This document shows, piece by piece, positions 15,884 through 25,456 of a stretch of 64,000 bases of DNA. A model generated the notes under the pieces. The model was not told the origin of the DNA, did no database searches, and saw nothing but the letters and a program-made list of their open reading frames with translations. How positions within the stretch are numbered: position 1 is the stretch's first letter; every line of letters begins with the position of its first letter. The DNA is from a virus. Lineage: Duplodnaviria; Heunggongvirae; Uroviricota; Caudoviricetes. Location: positions 19,877-83,876 of the IMG/VR virus record IMGVR_UViG_3300037471_001079. One strand, given 5' to 3'. A program made the translations under genes and the position numbers.

Positions 15884-18800
15884 GCGCCGCCGACCTGAAC
15901 CTGCTTGATCAGAGTGCGGATGGCACCCTTCGACTGAATGTCCCGAGCGATGACGTGGACGATGTCCTTTGGCCCGGGGACCGGAACATCGTCCGGCGGG
16001 ACCACATAGACGTTCACGTTGTCGGGCTGGCGCGACTGGATCGGCTGGATGTTGCCCTGGCTGATGTGCCGGTTGCCGAGCGCGTTGATCTCGTCGAGGT
16101 TCTTCTTGCCGATCGCCTGCACCGCAGACTGACGCAGGATGTACTCACCCTGCTGGGCCAGCACCAGGGTATCATCACGCGTCGAGCGAGCTCCGCCCGC
16201 AGCGCGGATCATGCCGGGGATCGAGCCGCCGAGAGCCCGCCGTATATAGAGGCCGTTGGCGGCGGCCGGCACTGGTGCAGCCGCTGCAGCTCCAGATGCG
16301 CCCCCGCCGAAACCTGGAAGCAGGTTGAAGAGACTGTCGACCAGTTTGTCGGCCAGACGCTTGGCGATCACGTTCTGAATGGACGAGATGATGCTGGTCG
16401 CAAAACTCTTAATGGCGTCCTTGGCCTTCATCGAACCATTAGCCAGGTTCTTGAACAGCTCCGCGAACGAGTTCGACAGATCGCCGACAACCTGCTGCAT
16501 GTCGGAGAGGTTGCGGGTGTCGGTGAAGCCTCCGAACCCTCGACCATCGGTATCGATGCCGGCGTTCTGCTGGAAATTCCCGCGGGCGCCTGATAGCAGA
16601 CCGGTGAAGGTAGAGGGGTTGTTAGGACCCTGAGTGCTGAGGGCGTTTTGCTTCCCCTTCTCGCCGGTGATCTGAGCTTCGAGCTCAGCGATCTTGCTCA
16701 GCAGCAGCTGCTTCTGCTCGGCATCGAGGTTGCCGCCCTTCTCCAGCTGGGCCTCGCGCTCCTTGAGCGCCGTCGTCTCGGCCTGCAGGGTCTTGATGTG
16801 CTCAGCCCGGACCTCGTCCTCGATGCCGAGCTTCTGCTTCTCCAGGTTGGTTCGGTCCTGGTCACTGTACTGGGCCGAGAAGCGGGGGTCGCTGGCGCGC
16901 TGGATCGTGGCGTTGACCTGGTCGAGCTTCTGCTGAGACACCTTGTCCTGAGAGGCGGCCAGATCATCATAGAGTTTGATGATGTTATCGATCGCCTTGG
17001 TCTGCAGCTCACGACGCTTGTCTTCGATCTGGCTCTTCTTGTCGTCTTCGGTCAGATCCGGGTTCTTCTGGATCTTGTCGATCTCAGCCTGAATGATCTT
17101 GCTCTGCAGATCATCATAGCTGCCGATCAGCTTCTTGATGTCGTCCGGCGTGGCGCCTTTGGCGCTGGAGATCAGACTATCAAGGGCGCGCTGGTCTGCA
17201 GCCTCTTGGCGATCCAGGGTCTTCTTCAGATTGCTGAAGGTGTTAGTGGCCCCAGCCTTGGCCGTGTCTGCATTATCCTTGGCATCCTTCTCCTGCTGTG
17301 CCTGGAGCGTCGCATCCTTCTTGGCGCGGTCGAGCTCGGCCGGCGAGGTGACCACGTTGAGGATCGGGTTGATGCCCTTCTCCTCGAACGTCTTCGACAA
17401 CTTCTGCAGGACCTGGGCAACGGTATCGTTGGGATTTAGACCATTTGCCTCCAGGTTCTTCGGCTTGACGACAGAACCGGCGCGGGCGTTAGGGTCCGCC
17501 GTCAGCAGAGCTGTGGAGCCTTGCTGATGGAGCACATACCGGTTGAAGTCAGTGACCTGCAGGCCAGCATCCTGCAAAGCCTTATCGTTGGCAGCAGTGA
17601 ACTGACGCATCAGCTCGACCTGCTTCTCGACCGACAGCGTGAACTTGCCGGAGAGGATGTCGGCCTTCAGACCGGCAACATCCTTGATGCCGAGGAGCCC
17701 GGCCAGAGTGGACGGGATAAACTGGAACAGACCGTAGGCGGCCGAAACACCGCCACCAGGGAGAGGTGTCCGATTGACGGCGTTCGGGTTCCGACCGGAC
17801 TCGAATTGCGCCGCCTCCAGGAAGTAGCGGTCGCCACCGGCTCCCTCCAGGATCTTCCTATCGGTCTCGCTGGCGTTCTGGTTCGGCACCGCCGTGTTGA
17901 AGCGGCTCGCGTTGAACGGGCCATTCTGGCTGGCGATATCCTCCAGCACCTTGAGGCGCTGCTGGATCAGATCGTCGATCTTCCGCATCAATTCCTTAAA
18001 CCTGGCCGAGGTGTCGGGCAGGCTCTTGGCCTCGTCGCGGAGCTTGGAGATTTCGGCGTCGAGCGCGTCCTTCTTCGCGGTGAGCGAGCGCTCGAACTCT
18101 TTGATGATCTGTTTCTGCTTCTCACCCTGGTCGGCGATCAGGTCGAGGTTGATTTTCTCGCGCTCGTCGTCGCGTTCTTGTAGCTGAGCGTCGAGAGCCT
18201 CCTGCTCGTCGGACGTCAGCTTCTGGCTCCCCGGCCGGAGCTTAGCCAGCAACGTATCCAGCTCCTTGAGCTGGTCGAAGTAGCCGCCGATAGAGACCTG
18301 GATAGCCTTACTGGTCGAGGCATCGCCAGCCTTGGCCTGGGCGACGGCCAGCTGGATCTGCTTCTGCAGAGCCTTCTTCTGAGCATCGATCGAGGCCTTG
18401 GCGGCCTTGAAAGCGGCTTTCTCATCGCCGAGCGACAGGATGCTGCTCGTGATCTTTGCCATCTCATCCGGGATGCCGGTGCTGCGGATGAGGCTCTCGA
18501 TTTCCTCAGGCGTCTTGCCTTGGCTCTGGAGCTGCAGCCGCACGTCATCGAGAGCGGCCTGGAGGATGTTGATCTGGTTCTTGGTCTCTTCCAGCAGCTT
18601 GTCGCGCTCGGTGATCAGGCCCCGGGCGTCCTTGGCCACGTCAGAGTTGACCAGGCTCAGGACCTGCGTGCGAACCTGGGCGGCCAGGCTCTGGACCTGC
18701 TGGTCGACACCAAGCGTCTGCTGCTTGACCTTCGCCTGCTCTACGGCCTGTGAGGTGGTCTCCTGCTGCTTCTGGTTCAGCTGCTGCTCGCGGGCGCCGG

Positions 18801-21800
18801 CGCGTTGGGCTTCCAGGCCGTTCAGCAGCTGCTGGAACTGCTCGATCTTCCTGACGTCTTCCGCGCCGTTGCCGCCAAGCTGTTCGCTCAGGTCCTTGAA
18901 CTGATTGAACTGGGCCATCAATTGCTTGACAGCAACGACGCCCTTGGTGATGTCATCGTCGGTGAAGTTCTTAGTGACACCGGTGGCGATCTCGAACGCC
19001 TTCCTGATGTCCGGGCCGAATGTCTGCTCCAGACCCTTCGGGATCGCAGCCTTTACCTCTTCAGGGGTCAGAGGCCGCGTGACGTTGCTGTCCCGAACCG
19101 CGGTCACGGCGTAGGGAGCGAACGTCTTGTTGAGAGCAGGCGTCTGCTGCTTGAGGTTTTCCTCAACCTTCTTCGCCAGTTGCTCGTCCAGGAGCTGCAG
19201 GTCGATCAGCTTCTCACGCAGCGCACCGGGGATATCCGCCTGGAGCTTGCCTTCGAGCTTCTCCAGGGCCGTGATCAGGTCGCCAATCGAGCCGGTTGTG
19301 CCCTGGAATTCCAGGCCGAGATCAGCGAAGGCGTTCTTCACCTCGATGATCTTGGTCTGCTTCATGATCGGGTCGTTCTCCAGCTGGGCGCTGCGCGCGT
19401 TGAGCTGGTCGATCGTTTCCCGTATCCTGGCGATCGCGTTCGTCTTCTCCGAGATCGTGCCTTCGACCTCGTTGAGCTTGCCCTTCAGCTTGTCGATCTT
19501 CTCGGCCGTTGTCTCGACCGAGCCGCCCCAGTTGAGGAATCCGATCGCCACAGTTGCCAGGAGGCCAAGGATGACGCCAAATGGGCCGCCGAGGAAGCTG
19601 ACGGCCCTGGAGAGCAGACCGACGGCGCCGGCGGCTTCGGTCACCGCGCCGGTGACGGCCGGCACCGCAGCCGCAACGGCGCCGGCCCCTCGGGTCAGGC
19701 CAAGGAAACCGCCGGCCAGCGAACCAAGAGCGCCTAGAATCTTGGTGGTGGTGAAGGCTGCGAACAGGCTCCCGATGACCGGCACCACGTAGGGGATCTG
19801 GTTCGCAGCGGCGATCACGTTGGTGAGACCGGTCGCGACGAGCTTCAGAGTCTCCAGGAACGGCTTGAACGCATTGTAGGCCGCGGTTAGGACCGTGGAC
19901 CCGAGCTTCGCCATGATGCTGGCGAAGCTCTCCATGTTGGTGGCCGCGGCCTGGGTTGCAGCCTGGGTCAGGGCGAACTGCTGCTCCAGGTTCTTGGCCG
20001 CTTCCAGGTTGTTGTTCAGGGCCGAGTAGGCCTGGACCGCGCGGACCTCGAAGGTCTGGAAGGCGTCCGCGGTGGTGAAGCCCTTCTTGTTCAGGTTGTC
20101 GAGGACCCCGACCAGGCCGTTGGTCTTGAGGTCGATGTCGGCCAGGGTGATGCCGAGCTTGTCGAAGGTGGTCTTCGCCTTCTCGGTCGGGTTCTGGAGA
20201 TCGATGAAGAGCTGGCGCAGGCCGGTGCCAATCGTCGAGCCTGACCGGATGCCGGCGTTGGACAGGGCGCCGATCGCGGCTATCAACGAGGTGTAGTCCT
20301 CGCCAGCGTCCTTGGCGATGTTCGAGGAGTACTGCAGCGCCGTCGACAGCTGATCCATAGTCAGCTTGGTCGAGTTCAAGGCCTGCGTCATCACGTTGGC
20401 GATCTGCGCGATCTCCGGACCCTGGAGATCGAACACGTTGAGCAGGTTCGTCAGCACGTCGGTAGACTGCTGCAGCGTCGAGCCCGAGGCCGAGGCCAGG
20501 TTCAGGACCGCCGGCAGAACATCGGTCACCTGCTTGGCGGACAGACCAGCCTGGCCGAGGGTGGTGGCGATGCCGGCCACCTCGCTGGCAGTGAACTTCG
20601 AGGCCTGGGCGACGGCGAGCAGGTCCTTCTCGAACTGGCCCATCTGCGACTGGGACGTCGCCGTGATGGCCTGGAACTGCTTCAGGTTCTTATCGAGCTC
20701 GACGATGCCGCTGATCAGGCCGTAGACGCCGCCGAAGGCGCCACCGATCAGGGCGTAGTCGGCGATGTTGCTGAACCGCTCAGCCAGTAGTGGGGCGCCA
20801 CCCTGGAAGTTCCGGCGAGCCTGCTGGAACTGCAGCTGGCTACCGACACGGTCTTCCAGCGTCCGCGGTGCAGCGGCGTTGGCCATCTTCTCTCTGGCGG
20901 CTGCTTCCCGCTCCGCGGCCTGGGCTGCCTTGCGATCGGCGGCCTCCTTGATCTTGTTGAGCCGGAGCTGCTCCTGGTAGGTCGCCAGCAGTTGGGTCTG
21001 CTCTTCCTGAGACTTGGCGAAGAATTCATCAGGTGTCAGACCAAGCGCCTTGATCGCCGTACTGGTGCGAATGTCACGGCGAGCGGTGCTCAGGCCGCGA
21101 GCATTTTCACGATTGACGTTGCCCTGGCCGGTGAAGTTCTCAATCGTCTGGGAAAGTGTGTCCGCTTCCTTGGTGGCTCGCGCCTTCAGGAAGGTCTGAG
21201 CGTTAAGGCCGGCAGCTTCGAGCTGCTTGTTGAGTTTCTCTTCTGCCTCGGCCGCACGCTGGGCCTCCCTGGCGCGCCGCTGCTCGGCCTGGAGCCGACG
21301 CTCGGCCTGGCGCAGAATCGCCTTCTTGGCGGCGTCATCCTTATCGGCAAATTCCTGATCGGTCATATTGACCGTGCGGAGGAGATCCTGCCTTCGGTTG
21401 TCGGTGCGAGCTCGGTTGAGCCCCTGCTGAGCCAGGGTGCCGCTCAAGTTGGTGACGAACTTGTCGACCAGCTGGCCGATGTCGTTGTTGAGCTTGGTGA
21501 AGCGGGCCTGCAGGACCTGCGACTGAGAATTGAGCTGTGCCTGGGTCTGCTGGAAGAGCTGGTTGGTGGTGTTCGCCCGAATGTTATCGGTGGAGGCGCC
21601 GGGCGACTTGAGGGTACTGATCTGGAGCTGGCCGAGGCCTTTCTGGAAGGCTTTGCCCTGCAAGGTGGAGAGTCGCTCAATCTGAGAATTGAGCGACTGC
21701 AACTGCTTGGTCAGGACTTCGACCTGCTTGGCAGCACGTTCGGCTTGAGTCTCGGTTGTTCCGAGGTCTAGATTTACGCCAACATTAATATCGTCGTCAG

Positions 21801-21804
21801 CCAC
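15880..21804 (-). CDS. H: Tail tape measure protein (1974 aa) with an embedded lytic transglycosylase (SLT) domain
   Basis: size; long coiled-coil (Q/A/E/K/L-rich) regions; position after the G/GT chaperones; SLT-like AAQFESGRNPNAV...AAYGLFQFIPST block near the C-terminus. Confidence 0.8.
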   Translation of the reverse strand: MADDDINVGVNLDLGTTETQAERAAKQVEVLTKQLQSLNSQIERLSTLQGKAFQKGLGQLQISTLKSPGASTDNIRANTTNQLFQQTQAQLNSQSQVLQARFTKLNNDIGQLVDKFVTNLSGTLAQQGLNRARTDNRRQDLLRTVNMTDQEFADKDDAAKKAILRQAERRLQAEQRRAREAQRAAEAEEKLNKQLEAAGLNAQTFLKARATKEADTLSQTIENFTGQGNVNRENARGLSTARRDIRTSTAIKALGLTPDEFFAKSQEEQTQLLATYQEQLRLNKIKEAADRKAAQAAEREAAAREKMANAAAPRTLEDRVGSQLQFQQARRNFQGGAPLLAERFSNIADYALIGGAFGGVYGLISGIVELDKNLKQFQAITATSQSQMGQFEKDLLAVAQASKFTASEVAGIATTLGQAGLSAKQVTDVLPAVLNLASASGSTLQQSTDVLTNLLNVFDLQGPEIAQIANVMTQALNSTKLTMDQLSTALQYSSNIAKDAGEDYTSLIAAIGALSNAGIRSGSTIGTGLRQLFIDLQNPTEKAKTTFDKLGITLADIDLKTNGLVGVLDNLNKKGFTTADAFQTFEVRAVQAYSALNNNLEAAKNLEQQFALTQAATQAAATNMESFASIMAKLGSTVLTAAYNAFKPFLETLKLVATGLTNVIAAANQIPYVVPVIGSLFAAFTTTKILGALGSLAGGFLGLTRGAGAVAAAVPAVTGAVTEAAGAVGLLSRAVSFLGGPFGVILGLLATVAIGFLNWGGSVETTAEKIDKLKGKLNEVEGTISEKTNAIARIRETIDQLNARSAQLENDPIMKQTKIIEVKNAFADLGLEFQGTTGSIGDLITALEKLEGKLQADIPGALREKLIDLQLLDEQLAKKVEENLKQQTPALNKTFAPYAVTAVRDSNVTRPLTPEEVKAAIPKGLEQTFGPDIRKAFEIATGVTKNFTDDDITKGVVAVKQLMAQFNQFKDLSEQLGGNGAEDVRKIEQFQQLLNGLEAQRAGAREQQLNQKQQETTSQAVEQAKVKQQTLGVDQQVQSLAAQVRTQVLSLVNSDVAKDARGLITERDKLLEETKNQINILQAALDDVRLQLQSQGKTPEEIESLIRSTGIPDEMAKITSSILSLGDEKAAFKAAKASIDAQKKALQKQIQLAVAQAKAGDASTSKAIQVSIGGYFDQLKELDTLLAKLRPGSQKLTSDEQEALDAQLQERDDEREKINLDLIADQGEKQKQIIKEFERSLTAKKDALDAEISKLRDEAKSLPDTSARFKELMRKIDDLIQQRLKVLEDIASQNGPFNASRFNTAVPNQNASETDRKILEGAGGDRYFLEAAQFESGRNPNAVNRTPLPGGGVSAAYGLFQFIPSTLAGLLGIKDVAGLKADILSGKFTLSVEKQVELMRQFTAANDKALQDAGLQVTDFNRYVLHQQGSTALLTADPNARAGSVVKPKNLEANGLNPNDTVAQVLQKLSKTFEEKGINPILNVVTSPAELDRAKKDATLQAQQEKDAKDNADTAKAGATNTFSNLKKTLDRQEAADQRALDSLISSAKGATPDDIKKLIGSYDDLQSKIIQAEIDKIQKNPDLTEDDKKSQIEDKRRELQTKAIDNIIKLYDDLAASQDKVSQQKLDQVNATIQRASDPRFSAQYSDQDRTNLEKQKLGIEDEVRAEHIKTLQAETTALKEREAQLEKGGNLDAEQKQLLLSKIAELEAQITGEKGKQNALSTQGPNNPSTFTGLLSGARGNFQQNAGIDTDGRGFGGFTDTRNLSDMQQVVGDLSNSFAELFKNLANGSMKAKDAIKSFATSIISSIQNVIAKRLADKLVDSLFNLLPGFGGGASGAAAAAPVPAAANGLYIRRALGGSIPGMIRAAGGARSTRDDTLVLAQQGEYILRQSAVQAIGKKNLDEINALGNRHISQGNIQPIQSRQPDNVNVYVVPPDDVPVPGPKDIVHVIARDIQSKGAIRTLIKQVQVGGA

Positions 21805-22195
21805 CTAGTATACCTGCCAATGCCATTTCCATATCCGTCACAGAACTAACTACTTTGTCCGGTTCCGGTTTTGATTTACTATTTTTTTCACTTCCAAATA
21901 TATTGCTCGCAATAATGGCGAGGTTCTCAAAATCTTGATTTACTCTGACCGCCTCAAATTCGATCTTGAGGCGGGTCATAACTCGTAGGTCGTTGATGGA
22001 GTGCGACCAGTAGATGATGTCGAGGTCACTCGGCTTGCAGCCGAGCGACCAGATTATGATGTCCTGCCAGCTACGCTTTTCGAGCCATCGAGAGAGGCAT
22101 TGAGGCCCTTCATTCGATCCTCTTCCTGCTTGTACAGGGCGGTCGTCTTCTCGAGCCTGCTCAGAAAAAAACCAAGGACATGCTCCTTGGCCCAA
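21797..22195 (-). CDS. T: Tail assembly chaperone -1 frame extension (gpT-like); expressed as a G-T fusion by programmed frameshift
   Basis: overlaps the G-like ORF over 22054..22195 in the -1 frame; lies between the major tail and tape-measure genes; contains a U7 slippery run. Confidence 0.6.
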   Translation of the reverse strand: MGQGACPWFFSEQAREDDRPVQAGRGSNEGPQCLSRWLEKRSWQDIIIWSLGCKPSDLDIIYWSHSINDLRVMTRLKIEFEAVRVNQDFENLAIIASNIFGSEKNSKSKPEPDKVVSSVTDMEMALAGILGG

Positions 22196-22434
22196 TCGAG
22201 GACCGAGCAGATGTCCTGAACCGAGTAGTCCAGATCGTCAACGTCAACACCACCCGTACGCTTGCCACTGGGCTTCCGCGGTACGAATACCGCTTCGAGG
22301 ACGCTCTCACGCAGGTCGTCGTCGAAATCGACTGCGCCGATATTGACCGGGTCCTTGATTAGAGCCACAAGCTCCGAGAGGAGGCCATAACTCATAAAAA
22401 ATTCGGTAGTTCCAAGGGTCAGTTTGTCGTTCAA
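22054..22434 (-). CDS. G: Tail assembly chaperone (gpG-like)
   Basis: 126-aa acidic protein directly upstream of the tape measure; overlapped by a -1 frame ORF as in lambda G/GT. Confidence 0.6.
   Translation of the reverse strand: MNDKLTLGTTEFFMSYGLLSELVALIKDPVNIGAVDFDDDLRESVLEAVFVPRKPSGKRTGGVDVDDLDYSVQDICSVLDWAKEHVLGFFLSRLEKTTALYKQEEDRMKGLNASLDGSKSVAGRTS
22165..22171 (-). other. Programmed -1 ribosomal frameshift slippery site (U UUU UUU on the mRNA) joining G and T frames
   Basis: A7 run on the plus strand equals U7 on the minus-strand mRNA; G frame reads ..L G F F L S.., T frame reads ..P W F F S E Q..; a slip at the FF codons would give ...EHVLGFFSEQAREDD... Confidence 0.55.
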
Positions 22435-22496
22435 GACTTGTCTCCAGAAGAATATGAAGGAGATATAATGACGACTCTACTGTATTCAAGATAGGG

Positions 22497-22524
22497 AAAA
22501 GCCCCGCGTTTTGCGGGGCTTTTC
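22497..22524. terminator. Rho-independent terminator/attenuator between the major tail gene and the G/GT chaperones
   Basis: AAAA-GCCCCGC-GTTTT-GCGGGGC-TTTTC hairpin with flanking A-run and T-run; the equivalent position in lambdoid phages carries a readthrough terminator after the major tail gene. Confidence 0.6.
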
Positions 22525-22544
22525 TTGGTGTGGCAGCTGGAGAC

Positions 22545-23339
22545 TTACTGCCGGAGGATGGTGATCGGCGTCGGGTAATCCGCGTAACCGGTATCGGTCG
22601 GCACCGGCGCGTACGGCGACACCTCGAAGGGCAGGTTCGCGAAGTTCTCGGTGTTGAACGAGAAGGCGAAGCCCTTGGTGATCTTGACGCGCGGGAACAC
22701 CAACATGACCGGGGTCTGGTTGTCGATCGCCGTGCCAACGATCTTCATGGAGAAGACGTTGTTCGACGTGGTCGCGTCGGCGTCGATCTTGTTGAACAGG
22801 CCAACACGGTCGACGGTGTTCGAGAAGCTCACACCCGTCGGCACGGCGTAACCGGTAAAGGTCACGGTCGTGTTCGGCGCCGAGTAGCTGGACGAGATCA
22901 CCTTGAAGACGTGGACTACGTCGCCAGAACCCTTCTGGATGAAGCCCCACTTGCCGGCGACGAACGTGGTCGTCTGGTCACCAGTGATGGTCAGGGTCGT
23001 TGCGGCCGCAGCCACGTTACCAGCAAGGGGGTACTGCGTCGAGATTGGGGCGTAACCGGAGCCGGCCTGGAGGCCGAGGCCGTAGGCGATGTTCTTCGCC
23101 GTGAACTCGTACACCTCGAAGGAGGCAGACAGGTTGCGCTTGGTGGGAACCGACATCACCAGGTCGTTGGTGATGCCCTGCGTGAGCTCCACGGTCGAGA
23201 CGTCCGACGTCACCTGAATGTTCTTCGTCAGGCCGAGCGAGTTGTTCGCAGCGTTGAGGGTATGAATTTCGCTCTGGGCGCCGATCATAACGGTGGCGGA
23301 ACCGAGCTGAAACTGAGTAGTTTGAGCCAAACCAGGCAT
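22545..23339 (-). CDS. V: Major tail protein (gpV-like)
   Basis: 264 aa, Thr/Ser/Gly-rich; immediately upstream of the chaperone pair and terminator; gene order. Confidence 0.55.
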   Translation of the reverse strand: MPGLAQTTQFQLGSATVMIGAQSEIHTLNAANNSLGLTKNIQVTSDVSTVELTQGITNDLVMSVPTKRNLSASFEVYEFTAKNIAYGLGLQAGSGYAPISTQYPLAGNVAAAATTLTITGDQTTTFVAGKWGFIQKGSGDVVHVFKVISSSYSAPNTTVTFTGYAVPTGVSFSNTVDRVGLFNKIDADATTSNNVFSMKIVGTAIDNQTPVMLVFPRVKITKGFAFSFNTENFANLPFEVSPYAPVPTDTGYADYPTPITILRQ

Positions 23340-23409
23340 AAAATATGAATCCTTGAAAAGCAGCGGTGGTATTGCTGATTTAAGGACCCGGCACTATATT
23401 ACAAATCTA

Positions 23410-23429
23410 GGAGAAGTTTGGAGAAGTTT
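23410..23429 (+). repeat. Tandem direct repeat GGAGAAGTTT x2 immediately upstream of the antisense RHH gene; a third copy (CGGAGAAGTTTTGAGAA) occurs at 29349..29365
   Basis: exact 10-nt unit repeated head-to-tail; a related copy lies in the portal/protease intergenic region. Confidence 0.5.
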
Positions 23430-23434
23430 TGCGA

Positions 23435-23677
23435 ATGTCTTACAAGGTTGTCACTGTCAGATTGCCGGAAATGTTGTATCGCACCATCGCAGCCAGGGCG
23501 AAGCACAATCTCCGGAACATCACGGCAGAAGTAAATTACCTACTTGAGTGTGGGTTGGCCGAACGCTCAGATGTCACTCGAGAATTTATGCGGGTGATCC
23601 TGATGCAACAGCCGTCAATTGAAGGCAATGACGCCGCTGCAAACGATAGACCGGTAGGCTCTAACCTCAGCTCGTGA
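23435..23677 (+). CDS. Ribbon-helix-helix (Arc/CopG-like) DNA-binding protein encoded antisense within the late operon
   Basis: MSYKVVTVRLPEMLYRTIAARAKHNLRNITAEVNYLLECGL fits an RHH fold (beta-strand plus two helices); sits in the 23340..23614 intergenic gap of the minus-strand operon. Confidence 0.45.
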   Translation: MSYKVVTVRLPEMLYRTIAARAKHNLRNITAEVNYLLECGLAERSDVTREFMRVILMQQPSIEGNDAAANDRPVGSNLSS

Positions 23678-24034
23678 CATAGGCGACACGACCGTTCCAT
23701 CGGTCATCACGATATTCCCAAGTGGGGAACCAGTATCAGCGTCGACCAGGGGGATGCGTTTCTCAGGAGCCAGGGCGTCATAGAGCTTCGCCATGGCACC
23801 GCGCATCCTGAACAGGTTCAGATCATTGAACGAGCAGTAGCCGATTGCAAATGCGAGGTCGTGGACCTTGTTATCGTTGACGATCGAGAAGGACGATAGG
23901 CCGATACAGTCACTCTCGGGTAGACTTTCCATCTCAGCATGAGCCTCGAAGTCGACCAGCTGGACGTCGCTTAGATTGAGATCCTTGCAGAACTTGATCA
24001 AGCTGGCGTGAACGTTTTCCAAAAGCAATGCCAT
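23615..24034 (-). CDS. Hypothetical virion protein (tail terminator position, gpU-like by gene order only)
   Basis: start re-assigned to the internal Met (MALLLENVH...) so it abuts the upstream gene; immediately upstream of the major tail gene. Confidence 0.35.
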   Translation of the reverse strand: MALLLENVHASLIKFCKDLNLSDVQLVDFEAHAEMESLPESDCIGLSSFSIVNDNKVHDLAFAIGYCSFNDLNLFRMRGAMAKLYDALAPEKRIPLVDADTGSPLGNIVMTDGTVVSPMSRAEVRAYRSIVCSGVIAFN

Positions 24035-24035
24035 T

Positions 24036-24947
24036 TTAAGATCCTCTCTGGATACCTTTGAAGAAGTTGCCAATTGCGGACTCGATCGCCCGCGGGATGC
24101 GTTGCAGCGCCCAAACAGCCAGGGCTGGCGCGAACAGAGGCCGCTGGCTATAGACCAGGCCACCACCTTCCAGCTTGTCGTTGTTGGTCAAGCGCCGGCC
24201 GCGGCGGCCGAGCAGTTTCTTCATGACTTGTTCATTGTCCTTGAAGACCAGCTTCGTCAGCGTGGTATTGCTGGTGCGACCTGTGTCAAAGTCGCCGAGT
24301 GCGATCTTACCAGCGGCTTTCAGGTTGAAACCCTTGGCCGGCAGGATGTTGATCTTCAGATTGCCGATTGGGATTTTGGAGCCCTCTGGCGGCTTCGGGT
24401 CTAGGTGCCACTCGACCGTCACACCCCCGAGCTTCTGTGCCGGCAATTCAGCATTCTCCAGGAAGAACTGCTGCAGAGCGCCGGTTCGTTTCCAGAAGCT
24501 GGTAGGATAATTCGGATCACTGCTCCTCTTACGCTTCCTGCGCTTCAGGTAGCGCTCCGTGAGCTCGCGCCATACAACATGACCATCCATGTTTGTCAGG
24601 CCGAACTGATTGATCTGCTTGAGGTTCCTAACCTCTGATGTGTCAGCGCCGAACTGTTGAGCTCCCAACTCTTGTCGGAAAGGACCTGGCCGTCTACCGA
24701 TCAGGTTTGATCCGATGAAGTTCATCAGCCTCGCTAGCTCAGCTATACCTCGCCTCTGCATCGAGGCAGCGACCTTCGGCATCTTCTCGTTGATATTCGC
24801 GATACCTACCTGTTCGACGTACTTCTCGATGCGCTCGCTCATATCGCCTGATATGTTGGCGGCAGCCGCCTCTAGCTGCTTATTCTCCCAGGTCTTGACC
24901 TTGCCACCAAACCTGGTGGTGATCTTCACTCCTACTGACTTGGCCAT
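24036..24947 (-). CDS. Hypothetical head-tail region protein (304 aa)
   Basis: start re-assigned to MAKSVGVKITTRFGG at 24947, shared with the stop of the upstream gene; no motif recognised. Confidence 0.4.
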   Translation of the reverse strand: MAKSVGVKITTRFGGKVKTWENKQLEAAAANISGDMSERIEKYVEQVGIANINEKMPKVAASMQRRGIAELARLMNFIGSNLIGRRPGPFRQELGAQQFGADTSEVRNLKQINQFGLTNMDGHVVWRELTERYLKRRKRKRSSDPNYPTSFWKRTGALQQFFLENAELPAQKLGGVTVEWHLDPKPPEGSKIPIGNLKINILPAKGFNLKAAGKIALGDFDTGRTSNTTLTKLVFKDNEQVMKKLLGRRGRRLTNNDKLEGGGLVYSQRPLFAPALAVWALQRIPRAIESAIGNFFKGIQRGS

Positions 24948-25456
24948 TACTGGATTTCCAGCAGGTTGACGCCGAAGATCTTGACCTTGCGCTTCACGAG
25001 CGCACCGTCGATCTTGTCGCCGAGCTGCACAGGAGCACCGGTGATGACACGACGGATGTCGGCCTCGACCTTGAGTGTGGCGTCGATCGGCACACGGCCG
25101 TAGAGCTCGATGGCACACCAGATCGGAGGCAAGTCGAAGCGATCCGACTCCTTCTTGAGGCCGGTGACCGGATCGGTCGTGGGCATCACCCGCGACCAGG
25201 TGACGAGATCGGTCATCTGGAAGCAGCGGTAGACGTTGACGCCGTGGTGGCCGAGCAGAAACCGCCGGCCGTAAGCATCCACCATAACGTCGCCGATCTT
25301 GACCGGCTCGCCCGGTGCCGTCCTGAGCGCCAGTCGGCCCTCGGCGAAGTCGTAGGTCGGCAGCGAGTTCTCCTCCACCGGCTGGAGGATGCCACGGACG
25401 TAGGTGTCCGGCTCAATGAGGAACTGTTGGGAGAAGCGGGCTTGGGAGGAGCGCAT
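24947..25456 (-). CDS. Hypothetical head-tail joining / tail completion protein (169 aa)
   Basis: position between the capsid and tail modules; translationally coupled to its neighbours. Confidence 0.4.
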   Translation of the reverse strand: MRSSQARFSQQFLIEPDTYVRGILQPVEENSLPTYDFAEGRLALRTAPGEPVKIGDVMVDAYGRRFLLGHHGVNVYRCFQMTDLVTWSRVMPTTDPVTGLKKESDRFDLPPIWCAIELYGRVPIDATLKVEADIRRVITGAPVQLGDKIDGALVKRKVKIFGVNLLEIQ

